From: an uncultured Gemmatimonadaceae bacterium | Lineage (GTDB): Bacteria > Gemmatimonadota > Gemmatimonadetes > Gemmatimonadales > Gemmatimonadaceae | Direction: 5' to 3' | Length of the DNA stretch: 64,000 nt | NCBI GenBank assembly: GCA_963843845.1 | Contig: CAWJMB010000002.1 | Coordinates: 160,001 to 224,000, forward strand | The notes under the pieces: model-generated | Databases searched by the model: none | What the model saw: only the letters and a program-made list of their open reading frames with translations | What the model was told of the DNA's origin: nothing | In this document: one piece after another, positions 61,630 to 64,000 of the stretch | Layout of the letters: every line of letters starts with the position of its first letter | Position numbering within the stretch: position 1 is the stretch's first letter | Made by a program: the position numbers and the translations under genes

Positions 61630-62277
61630 ATGACCGGCCGCACCGCGAACTGCCCGAACTGCGGCGCCCCCGTGCTGTTCATCTGGTCGGGCGCCGTGCA
61701 GACGACGTGCGCGTACTGCCAGTCGGTGCTCGTGCGCCACGACGTGCACCTCGAGCGCGTCGGCAGCGTGGGCGACGTCCCGGTCGACAGCTCGCCGGTC
61801 CAGCGCGGCGCCGTCGGCACGTGGCGCGGGCGCGGCTTCACCGTGGTCGGGCGCATCGTCTACGCCTACGAGCGCGGCGGGTGGAACGAGTGGTACCTCC
61901 ACTTCACCGACGGCGGCGGCGGGTGGCTGTCGGACGCGCAGCTCGAGTGGGCGATCACCGAGCTCGTGACGCCCGCGCCCGAACTGCCGCGCGACGTCCA
62001 GCTCGCGCCGGGACGCGACGTCGAGATTCGCGGCGAGTCGTACACGGTCACGACCGTGACGCGCGCGCGCTACCGGGGCGTCGAAGGAGAGCTGCCGTTC
62101 GAGTACTGGAACAAGGACGAGATCGTGTTCGTCGACCTGCGCACGCCCACGGCGCGCTTCGCGACGATCGACTACAGCGAGCACCCGCCGCTCGTCTTCG
62201 CCGGCGAGTTCGTGCCGTTCGACGCGTTGGGCCTGCAGGCGCTCCGCGAGTTCGAAGGATGGCCGCTCCCGCGATGA
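61630..62277 (+). CDS. DUF4178 protein with N-terminal zinc ribbon
   Basis: CPNCGA..CAYC; GGWNEWYL, GWLSDAQ, GVEGELPF. Confidence 0.85.
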   Translation: MTGRTANCPNCGAPVLFIWSGAVQTTCAYCQSVLVRHDVHLERVGSVGDVPVDSSPVQRGAVGTWRGRGFTVVGRIVYAYERGGWNEWYLHFTDGGGGWLSDAQLEWAITELVTPAPELPRDVQLAPGRDVEIRGESYTVTTVTRARYRGVEGELPFEYWNKDEIVFVDLRTPTARFATIDYSEHPPLVFAGEFVPFDALGLQALREFEGWPLPR

Positions 62278-63647
62278 CCGGGCCCGCGACGACCGCCCCG
62301 ACCACGCGCGCCGTGCGCTCGCTCAGCTGCCCGAGCTGCGGCGCGGCGATCGTGCTGCGCGGGCTGTCGTGGACGCAGAGCGTCGCCTGCGCATCGTGCG
62401 GCGCCGTGCTGAACGCGCGCGACCCGAATCTCGCGATCCTCCAGCGCGCGCACGAGCGGATGACGGTCGTGCCGCGCATTCCGTTAGGCACCCGCGGCGA
62501 GTGGAAGGGCGCGCCGTACGATGTCATCGGCATGCAGCAGCGCACGATCACCGCCGACGGCGACGACTACTCGTGGCGCGAGTACCTGCTGTTCAATCCG
62601 TACCACGGGTTCCGCTACCTCACCGAGTACGACGGCCACTGGAACGACGTCGTGCCGCTCCGGGCGCTCCCGACGACGAAGGGCTCCGGCGCGACCGCCA
62701 CCGCGACCTACGACGGTCGCTCGCACCGGCTCTTCCAGACGGCGCAGGCGCGCACGACGTTCGTCGTCGGCGAGTTCCCGTGGGAGATCCGCGTCGGCGA
62801 CACGGCGACGACGCAGGACTACGTCGCCCCGCCGCACGTGTTGAGCGCCGAGTCGACGAGCGACGAGACGACGTGGTCGTTCGGCACCTACGTCGACCCG
62901 GCATCGATCTGGAAGGCGTTCGCGCTCCCCGGCTCGCCACCGCGTGCGGTCGGCGTCTACTCCAACCAGCCGTCGCCGTACGCCGGCACCGTCGGCGCGT
63001 GGTGGCGCACGTTCGCTGTTCTTGCCCTGCTCTGCCTCGGCGCGCTGATCGTGCGCGCGGCGACGGCGGACCGTGCCCGCGCATATCGCGGCGACTTCAC
63101 CCTCGAGGCGCCGAGCGGGTTCGCCGCCGTCGCGGAGCGCAGTGGCGACTCGACGGTCGTCGGCACCCCGTTCGTCACGCCGCGCTTCACGCTCGACGGC
63201 GCGACCGCGAACGTCGCGATCGATCTGCGTTCGAACGTCGACCAGGAGTGGCTGACCGCCGCGCTCACGCTCGTGAACGAGGCGACCGGCGAGACGTGGC
63301 CGCTCACGCGCACGAGCAGCTACTACTCGGGCGTCGACTCCGACGGCAGCTGGAGCGAAGGCTCGCGCTCGTCGGGCACGACGATCGGCGGCGTGCCCGG
63401 CGGGCCCTACGTGCTGCGCGTCGAGCCGGCCGGCCAGCCGCGCCCCGGGCGCTCGATCAGCTACTCGCTCACCGTCACGCGCGACGTTCCCGCCGCGTGG
63501 CCGTATCTCGCCGTGCTCCTCGTGCTCCTCGTCCCGCCGATCGTCGGCTCGTTGCGCGCCGCCAACTTCGAGACGCAGCGCTGGGCCGAGAGCGACGCCG
63601 TGGCCGCGCTGCGCGAAGCGGCGGCGGAGGACGACGACGACGAATGA
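62274..63647 (+). CDS. DUF4178 membrane protein with zinc ribbon
   Basis: CPSCGA..CASC; WREYLLFNPYHGFRYLTEYDGHW; VVGEFPW; two TM segments; FETQRWAES. Confidence 0.87.
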   Translation: MTGPATTAPTTRAVRSLSCPSCGAAIVLRGLSWTQSVACASCGAVLNARDPNLAILQRAHERMTVVPRIPLGTRGEWKGAPYDVIGMQQRTITADGDDYSWREYLLFNPYHGFRYLTEYDGHWNDVVPLRALPTTKGSGATATATYDGRSHRLFQTAQARTTFVVGEFPWEIRVGDTATTQDYVAPPHVLSAESTSDETTWSFGTYVDPASIWKAFALPGSPPRAVGVYSNQPSPYAGTVGAWWRTFAVLALLCLGALIVRAATADRARAYRGDFTLEAPSGFAAVAERSGDSTVVGTPFVTPRFTLDGATANVAIDLRSNVDQEWLTAALTLVNEATGETWPLTRTSSYYSGVDSDGSWSEGSRSSGTTIGGVPGGPYVLRVEPAGQPRPGRSISYSLTVTRDVPAAWPYLAVLLVLLVPPIVGSLRAANFETQRWAESDAVAALREAAAEDDDDE

Positions 63648-63706
63648 CTGACCGCCCGCTGCCGTGTGTGCGCCCGCTCCGCCGCATCTCGTCCGTCCTG
63701 AGTCAA

Positions 63707-63786
63707 ACCGCATCACCGCCGTTCGACCGCCGTTCGTCCGCCGCATCACCGCGGTCGAACGGCGGTGTGACCGCGGTGATGCGGTT
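63707..63786. repeat. Nested inverted/direct repeat cluster
   Basis: CCGCATCACCGC twice with complement GCGGTGATGCGG; CCGCCGTTCGACCGC with complement GCGGTCGAACGGCGG. Confidence 0.7.
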
Positions 63787-63853
63787 TGCCTCACGACGGA
63801 CGAGCGACGGCGGGTTGGGCGATGACTGAACCGCTTCGCACCCGCCGTCGCGC

Positions 63854-64000
63854 ATGAGACGCCACCCGTTCTACCTCCTGTTCGGCACCCTGCTCATCCT
63901 CGGTGCCTCGTTCATCGACCTGCGCGGGTGGACGATCGCCCGCGCCGTCGCCTCGCGCGGCGGCCCGCGCACGGTGCGCGCGAACTCCGGCACCTCGCGT
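63854..64000 (+). CDS. Small membrane protein, cut by the window end
   Basis: MRRHPFYLLFGTLLILGASFIDLRGW...; open to the end of the window. Confidence 0.55.
   Translation, partial: MRRHPFYLLFGTLLILGASFIDLRGWTIARAVASRGGPRTVRANSGTSR

Overview
Very GC-rich bacterial DNA, tentatively Gemmatimonadota-like (an inference from composition and gene content). The centre of the window (~13.2-50.5 kb) holds an apparently complete extracellular-type contractile injection system (eCIS; Afp/PVC-like). On the minus strand it has a LuxR/NarL-family regulator, a receiver-like protein, a DUF4255/Pvc16 cap, two sheaths, two gp19-type tubes, an Afp7-like tube initiator, a split spike (GpD + GpV), an uncharacterised protein where PAAR would normally sit, gp25, baseplate J, a wedge/tail protein, a putative tape-measure-like protein, an AAA+ ATPase and two fibre-like proteins. 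Three DUF4157 cargo proteins follow. Two of them end in homologous PD-(D/E)xK nuclease-like domains and flank a single immunity-like gene; the third ends in an HExxH metallopeptidase domain. No capsid, terminase, integrase, holin/endolysin or T6SS membrane-complex genes were recognised. The flanks carry a putative 3-ketoglycoside catabolic gene set, a NYN-cold-shock protein, two ECF sigma factors, a CDF metal exporter, hydrolases and the start of an SPFH/SpeD/DUF4178 operon. Several frameshifts look like assembly errors. A YGTTRGGC octamer recurs throughout the window. No rRNA, tRNA or CRISPR array was seen. All family calls come from reading motifs by eye, not from database searches.
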